DNA from: Gammaproteobacteria bacterium
Lineage (GTDB): Bacteria > Pseudomonadota > Gammaproteobacteria > Burkholderiales > SHXO01
Assembly (NCBI GenBank): GCA_041488255.1
Contig: JBGPOV010000004.1
Span: 16,866-80,865 of the forward strand
DNA length: 64,000 nucleotides
Direction of reading: 5' to 3'
Under the pieces are notes generated by a model that saw only the letters and a program-made list of their open reading frames with translations, made no database searches and was not told the origin of the DNA. The translations under genes were made by a program, and so were the position numbers. This document shows, piece by piece, positions 1-10,067 of this stretch (positions are counted from its first letter, which is position 1; every line of letters begins with the position of its first letter).

Positions 1-429
1 CGCCCACTGGACCGACCAGATGCTGACTCGCACCTGGTTCAGGTTCATCCACTCTCCCAGCACCTGTTTGAGCCTGACTGCATCGGTGATGTGGCCCGCC
101 ATCTCGTCGTTGAGCGGAAAGATCACCCACTTGGTCAGGCCGGTGGCGGCCAGGATGCCTAGCATGACCACAATCGGGGCCCAGCGCTGAGGTGTGCGCC
201 ACTCGGACCAGATCATGACGGCGGCGCAGATCATCATCACGAACGTCATATAGGTGAAGAAGTGAGTGGCTGCGGTCACCTGCGGCACGAACTGCAGATA
301 GTAGTCGTCCGGCGTGAGCTGATCCGAAATCGGGAACGAGAACAAGACCAGGGACCAACCCGTGCCAAGGTACATCGACGTGCATAGGAACAACAGGACG
401 TGGTTGAGCGCGAGCAGCTTGGTCTTCAT
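1..429 (-). CDS. Membrane protein, DUF1772/anthrone-oxygenase-like (partial; runs off the window edge)
   Basis: Not in the ORF track. My translation from ATG at 429 gives MKTKLLALNHVLLFLCTSMYLGTGWSLVLFSFP...WVIFPLNDEMA...WMNLNQVRV, open to position 1 with several hydrophobic helices. It starts 8 nt after the upstream stop, with GGGAAC as a possible RBS. Family call is by resemblance only. Confidence 0.6.
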   Translation of the reverse strand, partial: MKTKLLALNHVLLFLCTSMYLGTGWSLVLFSFPISDQLTPDDYYLQFVPQVTAATHFFTYMTFVMMICAAVMIWSEWRTPQRWAPIVVMLGILAATGLTKWVIFPLNDEMAGHITDAVRLKQVLGEWMNLNQVRVSIWSVQWA

Positions 430-437
430 CCGTTCCC

Positions 438-1307
438 TCAGTCCTTGCGGTTCGGCGGCGCCAGCCATTGCTGGCTCTGTCCCAGGTTGACCACGCTCTC
501 CATCCCCTCCATCGACGCGTCGGGCGGCTGCTCCTCGCTCAGGAACCAGCACTCAAAATGATCGTCCAGCACGCCATGCGTATCGGGGAAGAAGCCCGCG
601 AACAGGGGCCGCTCTTCTATGTCGAGGTCCTTCAGCGCCTGGATGCGCGGGTGGCCGCCAATCACCAGGCGCGCCGAGCCCGGTTTCATCAGGTGCAAGC
701 CGAGCTTGCCCTGGAAGTAGATGTACGAAGCCATGAGCAGGCCGCGGAACGCGCAGTAGTTGGTTCCCCGGGTCTTGACCGGCAGCCAGGCGCTGCCGGG
801 GCGCTGCACGTCGATGCGCACCACGAGTTGTCCATCCAGGTCGTACTGGCTGCTCACCCATTGGCTGCCCACTACGAAATCCAGGTTGGCCTGGTGCTTG
901 GGCATACCCCAGATGCCCTTGCCGCCCTTCACCGAGATCTCGGTGCTGACGGGCAGGTCGTACACGTACTGGCCGGTGCCGAAAGTCTTCTGCATCAGCG
1001 CCGGCAGCAGACGGGGTGCCGGTCGCCTGCCGTGGGTGCACGCGATCGCGATGCTGAACTCGATGTACTGACCGATATTGGTGAGCTGGTAGTTGACTAC
1101 CGTGACGATTAGCAGCCCCTTGTTCCATACCCGGAACGGGTGCACCTCGTTGCCCGGCAGCAGGCGCGCGGCCTTGTCCGGATTGATGCCGAACGCCGCC
1201 ATCAAGGCAGGCGTCTGCTCGGAGCGCACCGGCAACTGGAAGGGTATGCCGTCCACGAGCGCGTAGCGGCCCGCCTGTTGTTCCAGTCTTCTTGGCCTGC
1301 TCATCAC
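438..1307 (-). CDS. Acetoacetate decarboxylase-like (ADC superfamily) protein
   Basis: ADC-type motifs IGQYIEFSIAI and GKGIWGMPKH, the latter with the Schiff-base Lys position (GxxxWGxPK). Confidence 0.75.
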   Translation of the reverse strand: MMSRPRRLEQQAGRYALVDGIPFQLPVRSEQTPALMAAFGINPDKAARLLPGNEVHPFRVWNKGLLIVTVVNYQLTNIGQYIEFSIAIACTHGRRPAPRLLPALMQKTFGTGQYVYDLPVSTEISVKGGKGIWGMPKHQANLDFVVGSQWVSSQYDLDGQLVVRIDVQRPGSAWLPVKTRGTNYCAFRGLLMASYIYFQGKLGLHLMKPGSARLVIGGHPRIQALKDLDIEERPLFAGFFPDTHGVLDDHFECWFLSEEQPPDASMEGMESVVNLGQSQQWLAPPNRKD

Positions 1308-1315
1308 TGCCCTCC

Positions 1316-2341
1316 TCAGTGGGGTCGGTCCAGTTCTTCCAGGATGATCGGGAACACGTCGCTCGCGGCGTCCTTACCGATGAACACGTCGAGGTGCCCG
1401 TAGCCCGGCAGCACCTGCAGCGAGTGGTAGTCCTTGCGTTGCTGCTGGAAGAAGTCGTAGGTGCGCTGCTGGCTATCCGGCAAAAAACAAACGTTGCGCT
1501 CCCCGGCGAGGAAGGCGAAGCGAGCGTCGGTGCGCGGTGGCTGGGCCACAAAGTCGGCCGGCAGTTGCGGCAGCCCCTCCACTGACACCAGGTGGCCTTT
1601 GCGCAGACAACGCGCCATTTGCTGAAAGAAGCGCATGGGCACCTGCGCGAACTCCTGCTTGATCCACTCGTGCGTCTCCGGGTTGAGGTTCTCGTGGCGC
1701 CACAGGGTCGGGAACCCGGTGCCATAGGTGAAGCTCGCCTGCTTGCACACCGGGTTGTCGCATTCGTGATGTGTGAGCTCGACCAAGCCCTTGATCAGCT
1801 TGGGCACGGCGCCTTCAGCATGGAGCCCCCACTGCGGGTTGAGAAATGGCGTGATCGCGGACACGATGGGCACTGCGACCATGCCCTTGAGCTCCGAAAC
1901 CCAGGGCACGACCGGGTGGAGAGACACGGCGTTGCTGACGATGGTCTTCACCTGCGGTACGAGCCCCGCCACGGCGCTCATCATGAAGCTGGTCGATCCC
2001 TGGCAATGGATGACCGCCTTCACCTCCGGCGTGCCGGTCTCCACCACGACCTTCTGTACTGCCGCGGGGTGGTCATAGACCGCAGCTTGGTCGAGGGTCC
2101 AGCGGTTGGGCGGCAGGTCGATGCTGGCGCGCCAGTTCTCCAGCCACACGTCGTAGCCGTGATCAACCAGGAGATCTACCAGGGTGGTCTGGACCCGGGC
2201 CCGGAAGATGTTCGCGCGCACCCCGGCGCCGTGCACCAGCAGCACCGGACCCTTGCTTGGCGGGCGCTCGCCCTGAACGTGGATCAGGTTGCACCGGAAC
2301 CCGTCACCAGCTGTGAACGGCACTATTGTGTCGGCCAGCAT
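1316..2341 (-). CDS. Alpha/beta-fold hydrolase with Cys nucleophile
   Basis: PVLLVHG oxyanion motif, GYDVWLENWR, nucleophile elbow IHCQGS, and C-terminal GYGHLD His. Confidence 0.8.
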   Translation of the reverse strand: MLADTIVPFTAGDGFRCNLIHVQGERPPSKGPVLLVHGAGVRANIFRARVQTTLVDLLVDHGYDVWLENWRASIDLPPNRWTLDQAAVYDHPAAVQKVVVETGTPEVKAVIHCQGSTSFMMSAVAGLVPQVKTIVSNAVSLHPVVPWVSELKGMVAVPIVSAITPFLNPQWGLHAEGAVPKLIKGLVELTHHECDNPVCKQASFTYGTGFPTLWRHENLNPETHEWIKQEFAQVPMRFFQQMARCLRKGHLVSVEGLPQLPADFVAQPPRTDARFAFLAGERNVCFLPDSQQRTYDFFQQQRKDYHSLQVLPGYGHLDVFIGKDAASDVFPIILEELDRPH

Positions 2342-2808
2342 GACTGCGCTCCCCCGGCATCCGTGCTCAGCGCGGCGGCGGAACGACGCCGTGCAGTATC
2401 AGCAGCTCGCCGCGGCGGCGAGGATCGCGATTCGCAGACGGCACTTTGACATTGTTCGTCTTCTTAAGTACTTATCGCACACGGGCCGTTAAAATACAAA
2501 TCTCACGCATTGCGAGCTTTCATCTCAGCCGGAGGGAATGGGGTAAGTCATTCAATGCACGCGGAAAAGTCCCGAGTCGCGGAGCCGAGGCAGGCGGCTC
2601 GGAAGCGCGGCGCGAGGTCGTTGGCGGCAGAGTCTTCCTAACGAGGTTGCCGGGCGGTGGGCGGGCGCCGCTGGGCGAACGAGCCCAGGTGCGCACTACC
2701 GCCGACAGGGCAAGCGAAGGGACGCCCAGCCCCGAGCCATGATTCACCCGCGCATGCTTGAACTGCACGGGCCGGTAGTCTAGGATTCGGTTGCTAGCTT
2801 GTCTGGCC

Positions 2809-2836
2809 TCAACTTTTCAAGGAGCTCCGCCGTTAA
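2809..2836 (+). promoter_or_regulatory. Putative sigma-28 (FliA) promoter for flgM
   Basis: TCAACTTT-N12-GCCGTTAA resembles the consensus TAAAGTTT-N11-GCCGATAA and lies about 70 nt upstream of flgM. Confidence 0.5.
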
Positions 2837-2907
2837 GGGGTTCAAGCACCAGAGAGTTGCGTGGGCATTGGGCAGCCTGAGTTCTTAACTCACCAGGAGG
2901 TGAAGCT

Positions 2908-3225
2908 GTGAAATCCATTGGTGGCGATTCAACCAAGCCCGTCTCCCCCTCGAGTGCGCAAGAGCAAGGGGCAGCGAGCCAACCGGGCCCGCAGAGGCCG
3001 GCTCCATCGTCCGCCCGTGCCGTCAAGGTCGAGATCAGTTCTTCCTCCGCTCGCCTCCAGCAGCTAGACCAGGGCCTGAACGATGTGGGGGTGGTCGATA
3101 GCGCCCGGGTGGAGGCGGCCAAACAGGCCATCATAGAAGGACGCTTCCAGGTGGACCCGGAGGTCGTGGCGGACAAGCTGCTGGCCACGGTGCGCGAGTA
3201 TCTCCTGACGCAGCAGAAGAGCTAG
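2908..3225 (+). CDS. flgM: Anti-sigma-28 factor FlgM
   Basis: VEISSSSARL and C-terminal DSARVEAAKQAIIEGRFQVDPEVVADKLL are typical of FlgM. Strong RBS AGGAGG precedes the GTG start. Confidence 0.9.
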   Translation: MKSIGGDSTKPVSPSSAQEQGAASQPGPQRPAPSSARAVKVEISSSSARLQQLDQGLNDVGVVDSARVEAAKQAIIEGRFQVDPEVVADKLLATVREYLLTQQKS

Positions 3226-3349
3226 CAGGCTTCTTCACAGCCGCCTACGCGGGTGCACGGCGGGTTTCTCCGCCGGCGTGTCCAAGCGCGTGAACGAGAG
3301 CATCCCCGCTCCGGGGTGCCTCGAGCGCGATTCCGAATCGCGCTCCGCT

Positions 3350-4096
3350 CTACCGTTCCTTGCGGGTCCACTCCTTCAGGCGGCTGCGCAGGCGCGCCAC
3401 CGCCTGGGCATGAAGCTGGCATACGCGCGACTCCGACACGCCAAGCACCTCGCCGATCTCCTTGAGGTTCATCTCCTGCTCGTAATACAGAGCCATCACG
3501 ATTTTCTCGCGCTCGGGCAACCCACCGATGGCGTGTACGAGCTGTAGCCGGAAGCGCGCATCCTCCAGGACATCGAGCGGCCCGGTCTGGTGGTCGGCGA
3601 CATACACGTCGAAGAAGTCGCTGTCCTCCGACTCCTGGAAGTCCTCATAGTGGAGCAACTGGTAGCCACGCGACTCCAACAGCATGGTCTGATACTCCTC
3701 CAGGGACACGCCCAGCACGTCGGCCAGCTCCTGCTCGCGCGGCGGACGTCCGAGCCGCTGCTCGAGCGTGCTGATGGCAGCCTCGATCCGGCGCAGGTTC
3801 TTGCGGACGTTGCGTGGCAGCCAGTCGGCTTGCCGCAACTCGTCCAACATGGAACCGCGGATGCGTTGGATGGCGTAGGTCTCGAATTGCGCGCCCTGGG
3901 TGTCGTCGAAGTTCTTGGCCGCGTCCTGCAGGCCGAGCAGTCCCGCCTGGATTAAGTCGTCGACCTGCACGCTGGCGGGCAGCCGGACCATGAAGTGATA
4001 GGCGATCCGCTTCACCAGCGGTGCCAAATGCTCAACCAGCTTGTTCTGATCCGCTGTCAGGGTGGCGCCTGCCACGCTCTGGCGCTGCTTGCTCAT
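3350..4096 (-). CDS. fliA: RNA polymerase sigma-28 factor FliA
   Basis: LVKRIAYH, DDLIQAG, FETYAIQRIRGSMLDELR..DW.PR, and region 4 LKEIGEVLGVSESRVCQLH. Start set at ATG 4096. Confidence 0.95.
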   Translation of the reverse strand: MSKQRQSVAGATLTADQNKLVEHLAPLVKRIAYHFMVRLPASVQVDDLIQAGLLGLQDAAKNFDDTQGAQFETYAIQRIRGSMLDELRQADWLPRNVRKNLRRIEAAISTLEQRLGRPPREQELADVLGVSLEEYQTMLLESRGYQLLHYEDFQESEDSDFFDVYVADHQTGPLDVLEDARFRLQLVHAIGGLPEREKIVMALYYEQEMNLKEIGEVLGVSESRVCQLHAQAVARLRSRLKEWTRKER

Positions 4097-4792
4097 TTTC
4101 CGGGCCTGGGGCGTTGCCCTCTCTGGACCAGCCGCTGGACGAATCCCGCAGGGCTGCCTTTGCCTGGGTAGGGCCAGCACAGCGAAGCGTCGGCTAGATC
4201 ACGCAACGCCAACGCGGAACCCGCTTGCCGGGAGACCTTCATCACCGTCTGTCGCAATGTCGAGGCGCGCAGCGGGCGACCATCATTGGGGAGGTGGGCA
4301 TCAGCTCGTGAGGCGGGTTCGCGGATCCCTAAATGTGGATGAGAGGTTACCAAAAATCCTGCCCCCGTGGGCTGGCGAGCAGGGGGTGTGGATCGGCGGC
4401 TGCGCCGCTGACCCAGTCGGCGACCAGGCCGGACAGTCTGCCTAGTGGATCGGCCCGGTAGGATGTGAACCCGTCGCTAAGCAGGGTCCAGAGCACCTTC
4501 GGCACGGGGGACGCCGCGGCACGCGAGGCGGCGATTAGTCCTGCCGTGGCTTCAGTGGTTTTACTGCTGATATGCGCAAGCCGGACGCAAAGCCCGAAGC
4601 CGGGGGCAAGCCGCCTTGGTCCGGAAAGAAGCCAAATGGGGTTAGAGCGTTATCCGCCCGTGGGATCCTTCCCATTCCTGCTGACGGCGAATGGGCAGGT
4701 GCCCGCGCGGGTGCGACCGAATTCCCACACGAGCATGGTGCAGGACCGCGGTCGAACGGCCCCGAAGTTGCAAAAACGGCAGGATCTCCGAC

Positions 4793-4821
4793 TTGACTGC
4801 CAATCAAATAGGCCCCATCCT
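4793..4821 (+). promoter_or_regulatory. Possible sigma-70 promoter upstream of xoxF
   Basis: TTGACT-N17-CATCCT in the fliA/xoxF intergenic region; the -10 match is weak. Confidence 0.25.
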
Positions 4822-5084
4822 GTAATGTTTGGCGGTGTCGCCTGGCATCTAGACAGCCGCTCTTTGGCGTCATTCTCTGGGTGCCACCGGTGTGACAGCT
4901 AACACCACAACGACCAGCGCCCATCGGGTAGTTTACCTCGAGGCGCAGGGCGGGCTCGGGAGCATTCGGGCTGCGCCCCCTCGGCGCGTCTTGTTCGCGC
5001 CAGTATGGCACAGCATCCGGGAGGTTCGTGCTCCATGGCCGTGCCGCCTTAGATTCGCATTCAACGAACCGGGAGGATGTAGAA

Positions 5085-6884
5085 GTGAAGAACTCTCTGA
5101 AGCTGCTCTCGATCTCCCTGGGGCTGGCGGCGGCCGCATCTGGGTCCGCTCTGGCCAACCAGGAATTGGCGCAGTTGAGCGCCAACCCCAACAACTGGGC
5201 GATGCAAGCTGGCGATTTCTCGAACCAGCGCTACAGTTCATTGCAACAGGTCAACGCCAATAACGTCAACAAGCTGCAGGTCGCATGGATGTTCTCCACC
5301 GGCGTGCTGCGGGGCCATGAAGGCTCGCCGCTCGTCATCGGTGACACCATGTACTTGCATACGCCGTTCCCCAACAATGTCTTCGCGATCGACCTGGAAA
5401 CGCAGAAGATCAAGTGGAAGTACGCGCCCAAGCAGGATCCGGCGGTGATCCCGCAGATGTGCTGCGACACGGTCAACCGCGGTCTCGCCTACGCCGACGG
5501 CAAGGTCTTCCTGCAGCAGGCCGACAGCATGTTGGTTGCTCTCGATGCCAAGTCCGGCAAGCTGGTCTGGAGCGTTAAGAACGGTGACCCCAAGGTGGGC
5601 GCGGTCAACACCAATGCACCGCACGTGTTCAAAGACAAGATCATAACGGGCATCAGCGGCGGCGAGTGGGGCGTGCGCGGCTACCTCTCGGCCTACGATA
5701 TCAAGACCGGAAACATGGTATGGCGCGGCTACAGCACCGGGCCGGACAGCGAAATGCTGATCGATCCGAGCACCACGACCACGTGGGCGAACGGTGCTGT
5801 CACGCCGGTAGGCCCCGACTCCAGCTTGAAAACCTGGCAGGGCGATCAATGGAAGATCGGCGGCGGCACTACCTGGGGCTGGTACAGCTACGACCCGCAG
5901 CTCAACCTCCTCTACTATGGCTCGGGCAATCCCAGCACCTGGAACCCGGCCCAGCGGCCCGGCGACAACAAGTGGTCCATGAGCATCTGGGCGCGCAACG
6001 TCGACACCGGCAAGGTGAAGTGGGTGTACCAGATGACGCCCTACGACGAGTGGGATTTCGACGGGATCAACGAGATGATTCTGGCGGACATCAACGTCAA
6101 GGGGCAGGACCGGAAGGTAGTGGTCCACTTCGATCGCAATGGCTTCGGCTACACGCTGGATCGCGTGACTGGCGAGTTGCTGGTCGCGCAGAAGTATGAC
6201 CCGGCGGTGAACTGGGCCACGAATGTAGACATGTACACCGGTCGGCCGCAGGTGGTCTCCAAGTACAGCACGGCGCAGAACGGGCCGGACGTGAATAGCA
6301 AGGGCGTCTGCCCGGCCGCGCTCGGCTCCAAGGACCAGCAGCCGGCAGCGTTTAACCCCAAGACGAAGCTGTTCTATGTGCCCACCAACCACGTTTGCAT
6401 GGACTACGAGCCGTTCGCGGTCGAGTACGTGGCGGGGCAGCCGTATGTGGGCGCCACCCTGTCTATGTATCCGGCGCCGGGTGGGACCAACATGGGCACT
6501 TTCACCGCCTGGGATGCCAGCACCGGCAAGATTGTATGGTCCAAGCCGGAGAAGTTCTCGGTCTGGAGCGGGGCGCTGGCCACCGCGGGTGATGTGGTCT
6601 TCTACGGCACGCTCGAAGGCTATCTGAAAGCCGTGGACCTGAACGGCAAGGAGCTGTGGAAGTTCAAGACGCCCTCTGGGATCATCGGCAACGTATTCAC
6701 GTACATGTACAAGGGCAAGCAGTACGTGGGCGTGTTCTCCGGGATCGGTGGCTGGGCCGGCATCGGCATGGCGGCGGGCCTCGAGAAGGATCAGGACGGT
6801 CTGGGCGCGGTCGGCGGCTACAGGGAACTCAATCAGTACACCGACCTGGGCGGTCAGCTGACCGTGTTCGCGCTTCCCAACTGA
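5085..6884 (+). CDS. xoxF: Lanthanide-dependent PQQ methanol dehydrogenase XoxF (probably XoxF5)
   Basis: Signal peptide, vicinal MCCDTVNRG disulfide, and DEWDFDG carrying the extra lanthanide-binding Asp. No mxaI is present. GGAGG RBS before GTG 5085. Confidence 0.93.
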   Translation: MKNSLKLLSISLGLAAAASGSALANQELAQLSANPNNWAMQAGDFSNQRYSSLQQVNANNVNKLQVAWMFSTGVLRGHEGSPLVIGDTMYLHTPFPNNVFAIDLETQKIKWKYAPKQDPAVIPQMCCDTVNRGLAYADGKVFLQQADSMLVALDAKSGKLVWSVKNGDPKVGAVNTNAPHVFKDKIITGISGGEWGVRGYLSAYDIKTGNMVWRGYSTGPDSEMLIDPSTTTTWANGAVTPVGPDSSLKTWQGDQWKIGGGTTWGWYSYDPQLNLLYYGSGNPSTWNPAQRPGDNKWSMSIWARNVDTGKVKWVYQMTPYDEWDFDGINEMILADINVKGQDRKVVVHFDRNGFGYTLDRVTGELLVAQKYDPAVNWATNVDMYTGRPQVVSKYSTAQNGPDVNSKGVCPAALGSKDQQPAAFNPKTKLFYVPTNHVCMDYEPFAVEYVAGQPYVGATLSMYPAPGGTNMGTFTAWDASTGKIVWSKPEKFSVWSGALATAGDVVFYGTLEGYLKAVDLNGKELWKFKTPSGIIGNVFTYMYKGKQYVGVFSGIGGWAGIGMAAGLEKDQDGLGAVGGYRELNQYTDLGGQLTVFALPN

Positions 6885-6910
6885 CGCTCGGCACTCGCAG
6901 TCAAACACGT

Positions 6911-6947
6911 CTGGCATCCCGGTGCTCCCGGGATGCCAGTTTTTTTT
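6911..6947 (+). terminator. Intrinsic terminator after xoxF
   Basis: Perfect 12-bp stem CTGGCATCCCGG/CCGGGATGCCAG with a 5-nt loop, followed by T8. Confidence 0.85.
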
Positions 6948-6973
6948 CGGCCCCATGATGTGAAAGACAGACA

Positions 6974-7369
6974 ATGAGACCTGCATGGTTGCTGGGAACG
7001 ATATTGCTTGGCTTGGGCGCGCTCGCCTCGGCGGAGGACCGGGTGCAAACCGATCTGTATACGGTAGTGGACGGCTACAAAGTCGATCCCGGCACGATGC
7101 AGGGATTTCGCGCGTGGCGCGCGGCCGCCTGCGACCGCTGTCACGGCGCCAACCAGCAGGGTCTGGTCGGGCCGTCCCTGCTCGAGAGCATGAAGGTGCT
7201 CTCGCGTGACGATTTTGACAAGATCCTTCTCGACGGGCGGCTCGAAAAGGGCATGCCGAGCTGGAAGGAAAGCAAGCAAGTAGTGGACAACCTCGACCAC
7301 CTCTACGCCTACCTGAAGGGCCGTTCCGACGGCGCCATCACCCGGTCCAAGGTGGAACCACTCAAGTGA
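6974..7369 (+). CDS. xoxG: Periplasmic c-type cytochrome, XoxG-like electron acceptor
   Basis: Signal peptide, CDRCH heme motif, GMPSW axial Met; directly follows xoxF. Confidence 0.8.
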   Translation: MRPAWLLGTILLGLGALASAEDRVQTDLYTVVDGYKVDPGTMQGFRAWRAAACDRCHGANQQGLVGPSLLESMKVLSRDDFDKILLDGRLEKGMPSWKESKQVVDNLDHLYAYLKGRSDGAITRSKVEPLK

Positions 7370-8250
7370 CGGCAGCCCGGAGGACGCCCTTCACCCGACC
7401 CGCAGTTCGCTCGCTCCGCCAGCGAACGTCGCTTGCGCTGGGGGTATTTCTGCTCGTGACATCACCACTCCTGTTCGCGCAAGAGGACGTGCTACGCGTT
7501 TGCCAGGATCCCAACAATCTGCCCTTCTCGAACGACGCGGGGCAGGGGTTCGAGAACAAGATCGCAGAACTGTTCGCTCGAAAGCTCGGCTGGAAGCTGG
7601 AGTACTTCTCCTTCCCTCAGCGCATGGGCTTTATCCGCAACACCCTGCGATTCAAGCTGCCCGGGGAGCAGTACCGGTGCGACCTGGTGATTGGCGTTCC
7701 GGCCAGCTACGACCAGGTGTCGCCGACGCGTCCCTACTACCGCTCCACCTATGTCCTGGTGTATCCGCAGGGCGGCAAGCTGGAGGGGGTGCACAGCGCA
7801 CAGGACCTGAGCGCACTCGCGCCCGAGAAGCTGAATGGCCTGCGGATCGGCGTCTTCGACCGCTCACCCGCCTCCGACTGGCTGGTGAAGCACGGCTTGC
7901 TGGATCAGGCCGTGCCCTATCGCATGCTCAATGCCGACCCTGATTACTACCCCGGCGAGATCATCGAAAAGGACCTGGCCTCGGGCAAGCTCGACGCCGC
8001 TATCGTGTGGGGTCCGATCGCGGGCTTCTTCGCCAAGCGCGTGTCGTACCCGCAACTGGTCTTGGTGCCGTTGCCGTCCGAGCCCCCGATACGGCTCGAC
8101 TATGAGATCGCAATGGGTGTGCGCTTTGGCGAGCGTGAATGGAAGGCGAATGTGGAGCGCCTGATCGCAGAGAATCAAAAGGATATCGAGAAAATCCTGC
8201 GCGACTACAGCGTCCCGCTGCTGGACGTCGATGGAGCGTTGAAACCGTGA
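7366..8250 (+). CDS. xoxJ: Periplasmic binding protein XoxJ/MxaJ family
   Basis: LRVCQDPNNLPFSN, GFENKIAE, GFIRNTL, PYYRSTY and WGPIAG motifs. GTGA overlap with xoxG. Confidence 0.88.
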   Translation: MTAARRTPFTRPAVRSLRQRTSLALGVFLLVTSPLLFAQEDVLRVCQDPNNLPFSNDAGQGFENKIAELFARKLGWKLEYFSFPQRMGFIRNTLRFKLPGEQYRCDLVIGVPASYDQVSPTRPYYRSTYVLVYPQGGKLEGVHSAQDLSALAPEKLNGLRIGVFDRSPASDWLVKHGLLDQAVPYRMLNADPDYYPGEIIEKDLASGKLDAAIVWGPIAGFFAKRVSYPQLVLVPLPSEPPIRLDYEIAMGVRFGEREWKANVERLIAENQKDIEKILRDYSVPLLDVDGALKP

Positions 8251-8308
8251 ATTGGCAGGCTTCTTGCAGTAGCGGAGGTATCCGTACAGTTTCCGGGGAG
8301 CTTGTCAA

Positions 8309-9400
8309 ATGCCCGCTCATCGACTCTCCACCATGAGCTGCTGTGCCGCAGCCCTTGCCGCCCTGGCGCTGCTGTGCCCGCCGGCTCAAGCAGCCGAGGT
8401 CGACCGCGTTGAGCTGACGCGACTGTCGCTCAGCCTAGTGAAAATAGAGGCGGTCGATTCCGACGGCCGCCTGTGGCTCGGTACCGGCGTCGGCGTTGCG
8501 CCCGAGCATGTGGTGACCAGCTGTCACGTCACCCGTCGCGCCGAGAGCATCCGTGTCCAGCAGGGAGGCATGCGCCGCCTCGCGGCCGCCCAATTGGCGG
8601 ACACGGAGCACGACATTTGCCTCCTTTTGGTGCCGGGTCTCGCCGTTCCACCCGCAAAGGTCGGCCAAGCAGGCGCACTGAAGCTCGGTGAGGCGGTTTT
8701 CGCGGTCGGATTCGAAGGCGGCCTTGCGCTGCAGGCACGCGCCGGTGTGGTCCGTGCCCTGCATGCCTATGACGGGGCCCACGTGGTCGAGTCGACTACA
8801 GCGTTCACCTCCGGCGCGAGTGGCGGCGCGCTGTTCGACACCCAAGGTCAGCTGGTCGCGATACTGACCTATCGGTTGCGGGGCGATCGGCGTTCTTACT
8901 TCTCAGTCCCGGTAGAATGGTTCGCTCCGAGGCTGATGGGCGACCAGGCTTATGCCGCCGTGGGACCGCTCGACGGAGCGTTGCCGTTCTGGCAGCGCCC
9001 ACCTGAGGGGCTGCCCTTTTTCTTGCGGGCCCATCAGCTGGAGACCGGCGGCGACTGGGGTGGACTACTAATCCTGACAGACCAGTGGTCAAGGGCTGAC
9101 GACACCAACGCCGAGGCTTGGCTGTTCCGGGGGAAGAGCCTGGCGGAGACTCAGGACCTCGCAGCTGCGCGGCTGGCTTTCCGGCGGGCGGTCGCACTCG
9201 ACCCCGTATCCAGCTACGCCTGGTTGCAGCTCGGGCGGCTGTCGGCACAGCGCGGCCTGACCGAAGAAGCGGAAGACGCGCTTTCCCAGCTCAATCGGCT
9301 CAACCCGGAGCTGGCGCAATGCCTGGCTGTAGAGCTGCGGCCGGCTCCGGCGCCGGCTCGACCGGATAATTCGGCCCTCAATGCCTGCTCGGCGATATAG
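8309..9400 (+). CDS. Secreted trypsin-like serine protease with C-terminal TPR repeats
   Basis: Signal peptide (AQA), catalytic triad motifs TSCHV / DICLL / GASGG, and TPR-like AEAWLFRG...AVALDP...AWLQLG. The start could be ATG 8333. Confidence 0.8.
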   Translation: MPAHRLSTMSCCAAALAALALLCPPAQAAEVDRVELTRLSLSLVKIEAVDSDGRLWLGTGVGVAPEHVVTSCHVTRRAESIRVQQGGMRRLAAAQLADTEHDICLLLVPGLAVPPAKVGQAGALKLGEAVFAVGFEGGLALQARAGVVRALHAYDGAHVVESTTAFTSGASGGALFDTQGQLVAILTYRLRGDRRSYFSVPVEWFAPRLMGDQAYAAVGPLDGALPFWQRPPEGLPFFLRAHQLETGGDWGGLLILTDQWSRADDTNAEAWLFRGKSLAETQDLAAARLAFRRAVALDPVSSYAWLQLGRLSAQRGLTEEAEDALSQLNRLNPELAQCLAVELRPAPAPARPDNSALNACSAI

Positions 9401-10067
9401 TCGTCTACCGATCCTGCTCGGCGCAGCACTGGTCGCGTACGGCGCATACGCAAACGCCGAGCAGCCCATCTCGGTCGCCGAAAATCAGCTGTTCCTCTCG
9501 AATCATCTTGGCAATCTCCCCGACACCGCGCTGCTGCGGTACGCATACACCAAAGCGGGAAGCCTCGAGGCCCCTCGCGAGGACAGCGTGCGGATCACGA
9601 TCTCACCCGCCGCGAACGGGAGCGGGCGGCAGGTCCATGTCGACTACCTGACGGGCGCTCAGCGTTTCGAGCTGCCGGCCATCGGTGCCGCGAACGGGAA
9701 CCCGGTGATCCTGTTTTTCCTCGAACGTGACGTGCGGGAGATGCAGCGCCTGACCGGCGGTCAGGCGTCTTACTTCCGCAGGCGCGTGCGGACGGCGCTC
9801 GCGGACGCCGCCGAGGTCCGGCCCGTCACGTTTCAATTCGCCGGACACAGCGTCGCCGGCGAGCAGATAACGCTTCACCCTTACCGCGACGACCCGCTCC
9901 GCAAGCGCTTCGAGCGGCTGGCAGACAAGGCCTATACCTTCACCCTCTCTGACCAGATCCCCGGTGCCGTCTACCGCATGCAGACTATGGTCAAAGCGCC
10001 CGGCCCGGGTGAAGATACGCCACCGCTGATCACGGAGACCCTCACCCTTCTAGGAGCCGAACCATGA
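9381..10067 (+). CDS. Uncharacterised secreted/periplasmic protein
   Basis: Signal peptide (AYANA), coding-like composition, and overlaps with both flanking genes. Confidence 0.75.
   Translation: MPARRYSRLPILLGAALVAYGAYANAEQPISVAENQLFLSNHLGNLPDTALLRYAYTKAGSLEAPREDSVRITISPAANGSGRQVHVDYLTGAQRFELPAIGAANGNPVILFFLERDVREMQRLTGGQASYFRRRVRTALADAAEVRPVTFQFAGHSVAGEQITLHPYRDDPLRKRFERLADKAYTFTLSDQIPGAVYRMQTMVKAPGPGEDTPPLITETLTLLGAEP

Noticed and set aside
4570-4650. c-di-GMP-I (GEMM) riboswitch suggested by GGACGCAAAGCC at 4583-4594
   Set aside because: The upstream GGCAAAC-stem-GNRA hairpin is missing and the site is about 490 nt from xoxF. An Infernal search with the Rfam c-di-GMP-I model would settle it.
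4100-5080. Protein-coding genes in the fliA-xoxF intergenic region
   Set aside because: The candidate ORFs overlap one another and lack RBSs and motifs, so I treated the region as regulatory.
5085-6884. Calcium-dependent MxaF
   Set aside because: It has D-F-D rather than D-x-A at the metal site, and there are no mxaI or mxaACKL genes.
5238-6986. Long antisense and alternate-frame ORFs (e.g. 5238-6986, 15573-16832, 26965-28416, 49071-50744)
   Set aside because: These are shadow ORFs of well-supported genes, expected at high GC; they are Arg/Ala/Pro-rich or motif-free.
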